Source: Promethearchaeota archaeon
Lineage (GTDB): Archaea; Asgardarchaeota; Lokiarchaeia; Sigyniarchaeales; SOKP01
Length of the DNA stretch: 64,000 bases
Direction: 5' to 3'
Assembly (NCBI GenBank): GCA_019058365.1
Contig: JAHPZE010000009.1
Coordinates: forward strand, 67,034-131,033
Below are positions 48,567 to 59,283 of the stretch, one piece after another (the first letter of the stretch is position 1; every line of letters begins with the position of its first letter). Made by a program: the position numbers and the translations under genes. Under the pieces are notes generated by a model. It saw nothing but the letters and a program-made list of their open reading frames with translations, was not told the origin of the DNA and searched no databases.

Positions 48567-51329
48567 TTATACTAAAAAGAGTAGTTTTCCGAGAAAACTT
48601 AAAATATCAATGACTTTTATCTTACTTTTTAAATCTCTGTTTTCATTTAGATAACAGTTTAAATGAGCGATGCATTTAGGACATGCCGTAATTAGATATT
48701 CTGCTCCTGTTGCTATTGCTTGTCTAATCTTTTTTTCCTGAAATTTTTTAGAATCTTGATTGCAAGAAACATACGCAGAAACACCACAACAATCTGCATC
48801 TTGTTTAGCATCTTCCATTTCCACTAAATCTAAAGATGGGATAAGCTTCAATACCTCACGTGGTGCATCAAAAACATTACTCATTCTCCCAAGCCTACAT
48901 GGATCATGGTAAGTCACTTTAATTTTGTCGAAACCAGGAAATGTTATATCTTCTAATAAATTTTCTTTAAGAATATACTCACTAATGTGATAAATATCAA
49001 AATCAAACTCATCATTATCTTCAAATAGCTGTTTATACTCATTTTTCCATGTATAATATCCTTCAGCGCAACTAAAGACTAGAGTTTTGACTCCTGCATC
49101 TTTAAATAGTTTTACATTATATTCCGCTAATTTTTTAAATGTTTCAACATCTCCTCGCCAAAGACTATCATGTCCACAACATTTTTCTTGAGGCAAAACT
49201 ACTGGAGTTATACCATTTTGATTTAATAGACCAATTACACTCTTGGGGATCTCATAATAGTTAGGTGCATTTATTGAAGACCAGATATTTTGACTCCCAT
49301 AATCACAGATCATAACACCTGAATCATCAAGTGCTTTTTCAAAATCCTCTGGTATCTGGTCAGTATTACAACAACAATTACAATTCAAACATCGATTAGC
49401 TTCTTTCTTTGCTTGTTCCTCAGTAAATCCTAATTCCATTTCATCAAAACAGACTAATCTCTCAGAACCAGGCATAAAATTCATGTTTTGACATGCTTGA
49501 GTTTGGATATATTTTTTAGGTATTGCGGATCGTTTAAGATCATTTTTTCTTATCCTTCCTTCCTTTAAGTCAAGTCCTCGGAGATAACTATTAATTGAAT
49601 AAGCCGCTTCTCTACCATTCCCAATAGCATCGACAGCGCACATCAATGAGTTATTAATTATATCACCACCAGCAAAGACTCCTGGAATTCCTGTTTCAAA
49701 TGTTAAATCATCAACTACAATTTTACCTCTTTCAATGTCTAATTTATTTTCTGTAGCAGCATTAATAGGTTCTGGATCAAGCCCTTGACCGATAGCTATG
49801 ACAATATAATCAACAACTATTTTAAACTCTGAACCTTCAATTTTACTTAATGGTCTTCTTCCTGTTTTAGGATCTGGATCTCCCCATTTTATTTTATAAC
49901 AATTTAAGGCTAATTTACCATCAGATTCTTGTGTGATGTTTGTGGTTGATGTCTCAAAATGATACTCCATTACTTCTCGTTCAGCTTCATGTAAATCTTT
50001 AAGTACGTTCTTTAGAGTCTCTTCAGTTAAAATATCAACGAGATCAACTTTGGTTGCTCCTAACCGAAGTGCTGTTTCACCAACATCTACAGCAACGGCG
50101 CCGCCTCCTATAATTCCAAAAGTTTTTCCTTTAAATTCTTCTGGATTTTCTGAACATTTATATTTTCGGTCTAAAAGGAAATCAAGTGCCACATGGACAT
50201 TTGATAAATTCTCACCTTCAAGTCTGAGAGTCTTGGGGACGTATAAACCTACAGCTATAAAGATTGCCTTATATCCTTTTTTCCATATATCTTCTATAGT
50301 AAAATCTGGACCGAATTCTTTATTTAAAACAATTTCTACTCCCATACTTTTTATAAACTCTACATCATGGTCAAGTGCTTCGTCAGAAAGTCTGTATTGT
50401 GGGACGCCATATCTTACTACTCCCCCAGTTTTATTTCCTTTTTCAAAGATCGTCGGTTTATAGCCCATTCTTGCAAGAAAGTATGCAGCTGACAAACCTC
50501 CAGGTCCAGCTCCTATAATAGCTACTTTTTCTTTTGTCTGTGGTACTGGTTTTATTTTACTTTGATTAGGATGTTCAACTTCCCAATCAGAGACAAACCG
50601 CTTAAGTTCACGGATAGCTACAGGATCATCAAAATATTGACGGTTACAATTTAAGGCACATTGAGCTGTACAAATTCTTCCGCATAAGTAAGGTAAAGGG
50701 TTTGTTTCTCTTATCAAATCAATAGCTTCTTGATACTTACCTTCTGCTATTAGAGATACATAACCCTGAACATCAACCCCTGCAGGGCATCCTACCACAC
50801 ATGGAGCCGCTCCAGTTAAAAAGGGAACGCATCCCATAAAATAGCCAATTTCTCCTTTATTAGTTATTTTTAATCCCGTTCCTTCAAGGAAACCTATTTT
50901 ATTAGTAAATTTAATTTTGTCTTCAGCCATTAATTTTGGTAAACTTGAATAAACCCTCTCATGATTACAACTTATTAACCCCTCTTGTAATGGTTTATAT
51001 TCTGATGCAAGAGAGCGAAGATCTTTAATTATTTGGGTAAAATTTACTCCAGTATCTTCCTTAGTCATTGGGCAATAAACTGAACATAGACCACAAGTAA
51101 GACACTTCCATATATCATTATTTTTTAAAGCCTCTTCTGGTGTTAGAAAAGTTAAATCTACAATTAAGCTGCGGGGGTAAAAGATATCTAGAAATGCAGT
51201 TGGGCAAACATTATTGCAACGATTACAATTATAACAATAGTTAGCAGCAGAATTAACTTTTTTAAGTAACTCTATTGAAGCTGTTTTCTTGATTTTATCA
51301 TCAGCTACTTTATCATCAGATTCAGTCAT
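48567..51329 (-). CDS. HdrD-like (HdrC + CCG) protein with an inserted GltD/NfnB-like FAD/NAD(P) module
   Basis: In order: CYNCNRCNNVCP and CLTCGLCSVYCP; GYFMGC; APC..CPAG, CGRIC, GAGPGG, GGGAVA, EANRCLNC; then EKCCG, YHDPCRLGR, CCG and TACPKC. Confidence 0.85.
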   Translation of the reverse strand: MTESDDKVADDKIKKTASIELLKKVNSAANYCYNCNRCNNVCPTAFLDIFYPRSLIVDLTFLTPEEALKNNDIWKCLTCGLCSVYCPMTKEDTGVNFTQIIKDLRSLASEYKPLQEGLISCNHERVYSSLPKLMAEDKIKFTNKIGFLEGTGLKITNKGEIGYFMGCVPFLTGAAPCVVGCPAGVDVQGYVSLIAEGKYQEAIDLIRETNPLPYLCGRICTAQCALNCNRQYFDDPVAIRELKRFVSDWEVEHPNQSKIKPVPQTKEKVAIIGAGPGGLSAAYFLARMGYKPTIFEKGNKTGGVVRYGVPQYRLSDEALDHDVEFIKSMGVEIVLNKEFGPDFTIEDIWKKGYKAIFIAVGLYVPKTLRLEGENLSNVHVALDFLLDRKYKCSENPEEFKGKTFGIIGGGAVAVDVGETALRLGATKVDLVDILTEETLKNVLKDLHEAEREVMEYHFETSTTNITQESDGKLALNCYKIKWGDPDPKTGRRPLSKIEGSEFKIVVDYIVIAIGQGLDPEPINAATENKLDIERGKIVVDDLTFETGIPGVFAGGDIINNSLMCAVDAIGNGREAAYSINSYLRGLDLKEGRIRKNDLKRSAIPKKYIQTQACQNMNFMPGSERLVCFDEMELGFTEEQAKKEANRCLNCNCCCNTDQIPEDFEKALDDSGVMICDYGSQNIWSSINAPNYYEIPKSVIGLLNQNGITPVVLPQEKCCGHDSLWRGDVETFKKLAEYNVKLFKDAGVKTLVFSCAEGYYTWKNEYKQLFEDNDEFDFDIYHISEYILKENLLEDITFPGFDKIKVTYHDPCRLGRMSNVFDAPREVLKLIPSLDLVEMEDAKQDADCCGVSAYVSCNQDSKKFQEKKIRQAIATGAEYLITACPKCIAHLNCYLNENRDLKSKIKVIDILSFLGKLLFLV

Positions 51330-51431
51330 TATAAGTCAATAAAATAGGTTTTTTATAGTTAATTAAAAAGGTTGTTTTAATTTGAATATAATTGTTATAT
51401 TTTGTTAATTAGAAATTTCTAATAGTATTAC

Positions 51432-52292
51432 TCATGAATGCCTTGAAGGTTGACATATTCTGAGGCAGTAAGAGCAGTAATTATTCTCTAAAATACTTTG
51501 AATACATTTAGATCTATCGATGTGTGTAATTACACCATTTGGTTTTTCAATAGGAATCTCATAGACGGCACCTCCTTTACATTCCCTTACACAGGCTCCA
51601 CACTTTATACATGACTCTTGTAAATCACTGAAATCTCTTTTTTTTGTTTTAGGAATTTCTGCATCGGTAGTAATTATACTCCATCTTTGCCTAGGACCAA
51701 ATTCAGGTGAAATAATTAATCCATTTCTACCCATAATGCCTAAATTTGCAGCAGTAACGTGAGGGCCATATAGAAGTTTTCCTCCAAATGGATGGTGAGC
51801 TTCACTCTTATAACCTAAGTGTTTCATGTATTCTGCTAATTCAATTGTAACATCACCTAAAACTTTATAGACTCGAAATACTTCTATTTCACAAATCGCT
51901 CCAGGGGCTTTCTTAATTTTATCCCATTTCATTTCCATTCCGAGGATTATCGCATTTTTCCCATAAACTTTTAGGTCTTTAAAAATATAATTTTCGTTAA
52001 CAGGCGTATAGCTTATGAAATCTACATCAAGTTCTTTCGCTTTTTTCTCAAATTTCTCCCAAAAATCAGGTGAAACATCTGTTTTATTATTATTTTCATT
52101 TCCATATTTTGTTTTCCTCGATTGCTGGAACCCTTTAAAAGTTCCCCGAAGATACTTACTGAATAGGTTAGCAGTTTCTCGATCTAGGATTTCTGCTGGA
52201 CCTAAACTCATGCTAAATAGTTCTTTAGGAACAATAAAAACAAGATTTTCATTTCTTCCAATATAGGTTGGCTCAATCCCTGCGTCTGACAT
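51432..52292 (-). CDS. Reductive dehalogenase / epoxyqueuosine reductase-like 4Fe-4S protein
   Basis: AANLGIMGRNGLIISPEFGPRQR..ITTD, CIKCGACVRECKG and CSYCLRIC. Confidence 0.8.
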   Translation of the reverse strand: MSDAGIEPTYIGRNENLVFIVPKELFSMSLGPAEILDRETANLFSKYLRGTFKGFQQSRKTKYGNENNNKTDVSPDFWEKFEKKAKELDVDFISYTPVNENYIFKDLKVYGKNAIILGMEMKWDKIKKAPGAICEIEVFRVYKVLGDVTIELAEYMKHLGYKSEAHHPFGGKLLYGPHVTAANLGIMGRNGLIISPEFGPRQRWSIITTDAEIPKTKKRDFSDLQESCIKCGACVRECKGGAVYEIPIEKPNGVITHIDRSKCIQSILENNYCSYCLRICQPSRHS

Positions 52293-52636
52293 TTATTATC
52301 ACTTTTAATTCAAAACACTACAATTTTTACGTTTCTTCATATTAAATACAATATAAAGATAATGGTTTTAAAGATAAATCCTCTGAATTCTAGTTCCCCA
52401 TTCTGTGGAAAGGAAAAAGAAACAAAATACTCTAAATGTTTTAATATCTACTGTCAAGGATAAAAGTTTAATTTAGTGAGTAACTATTTATACCAATATA
52501 TTTCACTCTAAAAATAGATCTTTTAAGGAATAAATTAATATTAATATCTGGTTAATTAATTTTTAGTTAAGTTTTTATTTTAGAAAACTTCTTTAAAAAT
52601 TCAAGTTTTAGAAAAACACATTAGTTTAGTTAAAAC

Positions 52637-53314
52637 ATGATGAAATTCTTCAAGAAAAAAAATTTAGGAATAGGATTTGCAAGTGAAATATGCATATGGA
52701 AAGATAAATCGGACTGTGGAGATTGTAAATTAGATGAACAGATATTTTGCCGTCCTAAGCTGAAATACATGATTTATTTTGCATTACCATTAATGATTGG
52801 TTTAGTCCCAGTAATCCTTGGAGTTTTGTTTTCGAATTTTAATATCATAATAAAGTTATTTTTCTTTATAAGTTGGTTTGCTTATGCCATGTTCTTTTTT
52901 AGTGTTTGGGAAAGCCATATGATTTGTAATTACTGCCCTTATTATGCAAATGACGCACAAAAAACGCTTCATTGTCCAATAGATAAGGGAAAATTAAAAA
53001 CAGGAAAATATCAACCTGGACCCTTGTCTATGTCAGAAAAGATTCAGTTTATATTAGGAGCAAGCATATTGTTCATGTATCCTATTCCCTTTTTAATAAT
53101 TGGAGGATTATTACTTCCATTAACCTTTTTGATTATTGGAATAATTACTTGGATAATCGTAATTCAGTTAAAAGTATGCAATGCTTGTGTGAATTTTGCG
53201 TGTCCTCTAAATAGAGTGAAAAAGGAAATTAGGGACGAGTTTTTCCAGCTAAATCCTATTATAAAGGAAGCATGGATAAAATCAGGATATAAAATCGAAT
53301 TTGAGGGGAAATAA
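52637..53314 (+). CDS. Cys-rich membrane protein
   Basis: Four TMs with CGDC, CNYCPYY and CNACVNFACPLN. Confidence 0.7.
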   Translation: MMKFFKKKNLGIGFASEICIWKDKSDCGDCKLDEQIFCRPKLKYMIYFALPLMIGLVPVILGVLFSNFNIIIKLFFFISWFAYAMFFFSVWESHMICNYCPYYANDAQKTLHCPIDKGKLKTGKYQPGPLSMSEKIQFILGASILFMYPIPFLIIGGLLLPLTFLIIGIITWIIVIQLKVCNACVNFACPLNRVKKEIRDEFFQLNPIIKEAWIKSGYKIEFEGK

Positions 53315-53637
53315 GAGTTTATGATAATAGATTTTAAAAGATTGAGATGGAAGAAAGAGAACCTTGCATTGCTTCGGGTCCTCTGGAGTACTAAAATGTG
53401 TGATCAAGGGATTGCTTAGATGTGAGAAAGACCTAAAAAAGATGTGATAGTATTTTTTTATCTATAAAATTTTTGAATTAAAATCTATTTTCATAGATAA
53501 CATTAGTTTAATCAACTTTTTACCTGACATCCTTCACTAATTATCTTAAGTCAACTTTTATATATCTATAAATCAAAATAACAAAATTTTTACTTCAGAA
53601 TAGAATATATTGAATAATTAGAGAGAATAAAAACTGT

Positions 53638-56600
53638 GTGGTTATTAACATTAAAGAGTTTAAATATAAATGTCCTTTTTGTGGGAAATTATTAGAAAGT
53701 AGATTATCTAAATGTTTTAATGTATATTGTCAAGGGCAAAAATTTAATATAGGTAATTTAGTCATAAATAGGTTAAATCCAGATTTAGGGATTGGACGTA
53801 TAATAAAAAAATTAGAAATCCCAACTTCAAAATCTTTAGATGAGGATGATACTTATTTTATAACAAAATATAAAGTGTCTTTTAAAAATAACATATCCAA
53901 GATTATTCATCCCATTGATCTTATCCATCTGATTTTTGAGATTAATGACAAAATTGTGACTAAACAAGGAATTGGGTATATTAATACAAAAGATTTTCTA
54001 ATCAAAAATGGAATAATATCTTATGAATTTTTGATGGAGAATGGTAAAGTATCTCAAATTTTTGAAAATGAAATTTATTCTAAATATGAAACTCCTATAA
54101 AAAGTTTGATTTCACAACAGTTATTTGATCCTCCTAAGAATTTCTTGATTAAGTACTGGGCAAACTTGTTTTATTCCTATTATAAATCATATCAAATCAA
54201 ATGCATTACTAATTCTCGCTTATCATTAATGCCCCATCAAATAAATGTCACTCATAGATTGTCTGAAGAACATTTTCCTAGGATTGTTTTAGCCGATGAA
54301 GTTGGTCTTGGAAAAACTATAGAAGCAGGTATTTATATCAAGGAAATGATGGCAAGAGATTTAGCAGAACGCATCTTAATTATTGTTCCTGCCTCATTAG
54401 TTAAACAATGGCAATTTGAAATGCAAAATAAGTTTAATATTAATTTTACAATTTACGATGGAAAAAAAGTCAAAGAATTGAAAAAACAAGGGAGTTATAA
54501 GCATCCGGAAATTCTCCAGAATCCCTTCTATTATAATAATTTAATCATATGTTCCCTTCAATTTGCTCGAAGTAGAAAATATATTGAATTATTATCAAGT
54601 ATTTCATGGGATATTGTGATATTCGACGAAGCACATCATTTAAGAAGATATATAATCAACGTAAAGACGGAAAATTATCGAGAAACTCTTAATTATGAAT
54701 TAGCAAGAAATATAAGTCTAAATTCAGAAAGTATGCTCCTATTAACTGCTACTCCCCTACAACTTCATTCTTTTGAATTATTTTCTTTAATTGAACTTAT
54801 TCATCCAGAGATCTTTGAGAGTTTTAGCGATTTTGAACATTTTAGAAAAAATATGCCATTTATTAACTTACTAATTTCAAACCTTAATAATATTGATAAA
54901 TTAAATAATTTTGAACTAAAAAATACGATTAGACTTCTAAAAGATCTTAAATATGTAGATAGAAAAAAAGAGGTTAATCAAATTCTTTCAAAGATTAAAG
55001 ATGATTCTTATAAATTGAATCTATCAAGAAAGATTGAAGAAGATCATACTATCTCTAAATTTTTAATTAGAAATCGCAAGAAAAATGTATTTACTGGAGA
55101 GTTATTAAATAAGAGAATTGTAAATACTATTATGGTATATCCTACTCAACAAGAATTAGATGTCTATAACGAGATCCGTCTTTACCTTGCAAAAATCTAT
55201 AATTCTACCCTAAGCAAAGAAAACACAGGGATTGGATTTATTATAACTACTCTTCAGAAACTACTTACAAGTTCGAAATTTGCATTTTTAAAGAGTATGG
55301 AAAGAAGGTTGGATCAAATTGACAGATATAAAAATATTTTTCTTAATACAGACATAATCAGAGAAGTTGATCCTGAATTTTATGAATCAGAAATGGAGGA
55401 TCAATATCTTGACTCTGAAATAATAGATGTTTTCAAAAGTAAAAAAAGTACGGTAAAACAAGAAGATTTAATTGATATGCTTAATCAAGAGAAGATATTA
55501 AAAGAATTCTATGATAAACTCAATACTCTACCATATGATTCGAAATCAGATAAGTTAATGGAATTATTAGACCAGATTTATGCACAAAGCTCTAATGAAA
55601 AGATAATAATTTTTACGCAATTTGTTGATACATTGAAATTCTTAAAATCATTAATTGAGAATCACAATCATGATTATTCTGTTGAATTATTTTATGGAGG
55701 ATTAGATAATAGAGAAAAAGATGAGGCAGTTGAAAGTTTTAGGGTTAGTGAGAAATCATCTATCTTAATATCTACAGAAATTGGAGGAGAAGGTCGAAAT
55801 TTCCAATTCTGTCGTGTTCTAATAAATTATGATTTACCATGGAATCCAATGAAACTTGAACAAAGGATTGGGAGACTAGACAGAATTGGTCAAAAATCAA
55901 AAGAAATTTACATTTATAATATATTCATGGAAGGAACAGTTGAAACTGACATAATTCACGCTATAATAAAAAGAATTAACCTTTTTGAAGAATCAATTGG
56001 AATTTTAGAGCCTATCATTGGAAGAATTGAAAAGGATTTTAAAGATGTTATTTTTGCTGAAGAAGATGGGAAAAAACGGAAGAAGTTGAACGAATTTTAT
56101 CGAACTCTTGATGAAGAAATAAGAAAAGCGAAAGAAATCGAGATGCAATTAGATGATCTTATGATTGATAAAAGGTCTTTTCAAATGGAGGGCTTAATTA
56201 CTTCTTTAGCATCGTGTGTAGATGTAAAACTTACTCATAATGAATTATACTTATTAATGAAATTATTTTTTGATATTCATAATAATTTATATGGTAATTT
56301 AGAAGAAATTCAAGATCTTCCTGAAAAAATTAGAGAAGATTATTACTTTATTTCAAAAATTCTTGTATCAAATGCGTTGCTTCAAAATCCAAAATATTAT
56401 TTTCTGAATGAGTATATTGGAACTTTCAATCTTGAACTCGCAAGAAAAAAAGAAGAAATTGACTTTTTTGCCTTAGGGCATCCATTAATCAACAACATTT
56501 TAGATTTTTGCAAAAGTGAAGAATTTTCTGGAAATTTTAGTATACTTTATTTAAGAAAGAAAACAATGGAAAAATTTAAGGTTCCTAAAAAAATCTACAC

Positions 56601-57246
56601 TAATAGATTGTATCTTTTTGTTTTCTCAGTTAAATTCCAAGGCTATATAATTGAAAACCAGACTATAGCAGTTGTGGTAGATAAAAATGGTAATGAAATT
56701 GAAAATTTTGCTGATAGAATCTTAGATATTAAGAAGATTAATGAATTATTCGAATTCAATGGAAATAAAGAGAAAATTAATATCGATTATAATCTAGTTA
56801 GTAATCTTCAAAAAGTGGCAAAGAAAATTGTTAAATCAAAAACTTCAACTTGGAAAAGAGAAATTAAAATTCTAAATGATACTATTTTTAACCAAGAAAA
56901 AAGGAAGAAAGAAAAAATGTATTCCCATAAGAGAAGAACCCTCAATCTAAAGCTTGAATCATTACGTCAAATATTAGAACGAAATAAAAATAAAATACCA
57001 ACCACACGGCAACTGCAAAACATAGAAAAACTAACAGATATGGCAAAAAAGCAAGAAAGATTAGATAAAATAGAAAAATTAAAAGAACAAACCAAATTTA
57101 TTCAAACAGATTTAAAATTGACTGAAAAAAAAATCGATGAATTAACATTTGAATATGAAGATCTTAAAAATGATATGAATAAAAGAAATCTATCAAAATT
57201 TTACACTAATCTCCTATCATTTGCTTTATTAAAAATAGTTGAATAA
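53638..57246 (+). CDS. SNF2/RapA(HepA)-like SF2 helicase with N-terminal Zn motif
   Basis: LMPHQ, LADEVGLGKT, DEAHH, TATP, STEIGGEGRN, YDLPWNP and QRIGRLDRIG; N-terminal CPFC..C..C. Confidence 0.92.
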   Translation: MVINIKEFKYKCPFCGKLLESRLSKCFNVYCQGQKFNIGNLVINRLNPDLGIGRIIKKLEIPTSKSLDEDDTYFITKYKVSFKNNISKIIHPIDLIHLIFEINDKIVTKQGIGYINTKDFLIKNGIISYEFLMENGKVSQIFENEIYSKYETPIKSLISQQLFDPPKNFLIKYWANLFYSYYKSYQIKCITNSRLSLMPHQINVTHRLSEEHFPRIVLADEVGLGKTIEAGIYIKEMMARDLAERILIIVPASLVKQWQFEMQNKFNINFTIYDGKKVKELKKQGSYKHPEILQNPFYYNNLIICSLQFARSRKYIELLSSISWDIVIFDEAHHLRRYIINVKTENYRETLNYELARNISLNSESMLLLTATPLQLHSFELFSLIELIHPEIFESFSDFEHFRKNMPFINLLISNLNNIDKLNNFELKNTIRLLKDLKYVDRKKEVNQILSKIKDDSYKLNLSRKIEEDHTISKFLIRNRKKNVFTGELLNKRIVNTIMVYPTQQELDVYNEIRLYLAKIYNSTLSKENTGIGFIITTLQKLLTSSKFAFLKSMERRLDQIDRYKNIFLNTDIIREVDPEFYESEMEDQYLDSEIIDVFKSKKSTVKQEDLIDMLNQEKILKEFYDKLNTLPYDSKSDKLMELLDQIYAQSSNEKIIIFTQFVDTLKFLKSLIENHNHDYSVELFYGGLDNREKDEAVESFRVSEKSSILISTEIGGEGRNFQFCRVLINYDLPWNPMKLEQRIGRLDRIGQKSKEIYIYNIFMEGTVETDIIHAIIKRINLFEESIGILEPIIGRIEKDFKDVIFAEEDGKKRKKLNEFYRTLDEEIRKAKEIEMQLDDLMIDKRSFQMEGLITSLASCVDVKLTHNELYLLMKLFFDIHNNLYGNLEEIQDLPEKIREDYYFISKILVSNALLQNPKYYFLNEYIGTFNLELARKKEEIDFFALGHPLINNILDFCKSEEFSGNFSILYLRKKTMEKFKVPKKIYTNRLYLFVFSVKFQGYIIENQTIAVVVDKNGNEIENFADRILDIKKINELFEFNGNKEKINIDYNLVSNLQKVAKKIVKSKTSTWKREIKILNDTIFNQEKRKKEKMYSHKRRTLNLKLESLRQILERNKNKIPTTRQLQNIEKLTDMAKKQERLDKIEKLKEQTKFIQTDLKLTEKKIDELTFEYEDLKNDMNKRNLSKFYTNLLSFALLKIVE

Positions 57247-57255
57247 TAGGCGATT

Positions 57256-57786
57256 TTATTTATAATTTATATTTTTTAACATTTTATTTGTCAAATTCAA
57301 GAAAGCATCTTCGACATTTTCCCCTGTTTTTGCGGAAGTTTCGACATAATAAGTTTTCTCTTTTTTAGCAAACACTTGAGCACTTTCTCGTTCGGAAAGT
57401 TCATCACTTTTTTCAATTAAATCTGCTTTATTTCCAATTAACACAAATGGTATGTTTTTACCAGCATATTCATGCAAATCTTTTAACCAATCTTCAAGTT
57501 CTTCAAATGTATGCCATCGGGAAAGATCAAAGACGATTAACGCTCCATTAGCGCCATCAAAAAAGCTTGATCGTAGAAACTTATATCTATCCTGGCCACC
57601 AATATCCCAAATCTGCAATTTTATAGTTGTCCCCGGTTTGTATTCAATAATTTTTGATAAAAAATCAGCACCAATAGTTAATTTATACCTAAAGGAGAAT
57701 TTATTCTCTACAAACCTATGTAAGAGTGAAGTCTTACCGACAGCTCCAGGACCTATGATAATTACTTTAAAAACAAAAAGTGACAT
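57256..57786 (-). CDS. Rab-like small GTPase
   Basis: GPGAVGKTS, TIG, WDIGGQ, NKAD and SAK motifs. Confidence 0.95.
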   Translation of the reverse strand: MSLFVFKVIIIGPGAVGKTSLLHRFVENKFSFRYKLTIGADFLSKIIEYKPGTTIKLQIWDIGGQDRYKFLRSSFFDGANGALIVFDLSRWHTFEELEDWLKDLHEYAGKNIPFVLIGNKADLIEKSDELSERESAQVFAKKEKTYYVETSAKTGENVEDAFLNLTNKMLKNINYK

Positions 57787-57911
57787 AATGTTTGAATAAT
57801 TACGTATACAGTTTTAATAAATAATCTCCATTAAATATTTATACATTTTTGAAAATCTCAAGCTTAAATAGAAGAAATTTTCAAAATAAAGGAGTAAAAA
57901 ACTATTCAGAA

Positions 57912-58433
57912 TTAAGTTTTTTTTATGACATTTTTAGCTAGTTCGATGAACGTATCTTCTACATTGTCACCTTCTTTAGCTGATGTTTCAATATATAAAC
58001 AGTTTTCATTCTTAGCATATTGAAGCGATTCATTTCGGTTGATTACCTCACCTATTTCACTAATCAAATCAGACTTATTTCCTATTATTACAACTGGAAT
58101 ATCTTTTCCAATTGATTGTTTCATATCGGAGAGCCATTCTTTCATTTTCGAAAAAGTTTGAACTCTTGAAAGATCAAAAACCAATAGTGCGCCATTAGTT
58201 CCATCATAAAAATTACGACGCAATGATTTAAAACGATCCTGTCCTCCAATATCCCAAATAAGTAACCTAACTTTCTTTTCTTGATCATATTCTACTGTTT
58301 TAGTTATGAAATCTACCCCAATAGTAAATTTATATTGGAGAGAAAACTTATCTTCAACAAATCGGCGTATAAGAGATGATTTTCCCACTCCTGCAGGGCC
58401 AATAACGATAATTTTGAATGAATATTCTTCCAT
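57912..58433 (-). CDS. Rab-like small GTPase
   Basis: GPAGVGKSS, TIGVDF, WDIGGQ, NKSD and SAK motifs. Confidence 0.95.
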   Translation of the reverse strand: MEEYSFKIIVIGPAGVGKSSLIRRFVEDKFSLQYKFTIGVDFITKTVEYDQEKKVRLLIWDIGGQDRFKSLRRNFYDGTNGALLVFDLSRVQTFSKMKEWLSDMKQSIGKDIPVVIIGNKSDLISEIGEVINRNESLQYAKNENCLYIETSAKEGDNVEDTFIELAKNVIKKT

Positions 58434-58595
58434 TTTATTGAAATTTAAGAATTTTCTTTATATAAACATCTTATAAAAGTTTAATAATTTATATAATTTC
58501 ATTTCAAAAACCTTAAAAAGCTGAGAAATCACAATAAGAGTAAAAAAAATTAATAATACAAATAACCAAAGAATTAGTTTATATTAACGCTCACG

Positions 58596-59126
58596 TTAAG
58601 AATTTTTATTTACCATCCTTCGAGTAAGATCGAGAAAAGCTTTATCGACGTTTTCACCTGTTTTAGCCGAAGTTTCAATATAAATACTATTTTCCTTTTG
58701 TGCAAACTGAATAGGTTCATTCCGATCAATTATTTCTCCAATTTCCGGAATTAAATCTAATTTATTTCCAATTATTATAACTGGAAAATCATTCTCAATA
58801 GCTTGTCGAGCGTCTGAAAGCCACTCCTTCATTTTCAGAAAAGTATTTGCCCTTGAAAGATCAAAGATTATTAAAGCACCATTAGTCCCTTCGTAAAAAC
58901 TTCTACGTAATACTTTAAATCGTTCCTGGCCTCCAATATCCCATAATGTAAGCTTAGCAATTTTCCCTGATTCATATTCTACTTGTTTAGTCATAAAATC
59001 TACACCAATGGTGAACTTATAATGTAGGGAAAACTCATTTTCTACAAATCTACGGATAAGACTTGACTTACCTACCGCTGCTGGACCAATTACAATCAAT
59101 TTAAACGAATAAATTTGTTCGGACAT
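58596..59126 (-). CDS. Rab-like small GTPase
   Basis: GPAAVGKSS, TIGVDF, WDIGGQ, NKLD and SAK motifs. Confidence 0.95.
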   Translation of the reverse strand: MSEQIYSFKLIVIGPAAVGKSSLIRRFVENEFSLHYKFTIGVDFMTKQVEYESGKIAKLTLWDIGGQERFKVLRRSFYEGTNGALIIFDLSRANTFLKMKEWLSDARQAIENDFPVIIIGNKLDLIPEIGEIIDRNEPIQFAQKENSIYIETSAKTGENVDKAFLDLTRRMVNKNS

Positions 59127-59283
59127 TCTTTATTAACCCTCTCTAATATACTATTGATTTTTTTAAATTATAAGCTTTTTAAGTAAATAGGATTATATAT
59201 ATAAACTTGCATTTTTGTTAATAAAATCTATTTAATTCAATTTAATATTAATATACCAAGTAATTTTCTAGTATTAAAACAAT

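Noticed and set aside
53345-53450. GC-richer patch before the helicase, considered as a tRNA or IS relic
   Set aside because: No cloverleaf, terminal repeats or sustained reading frame.
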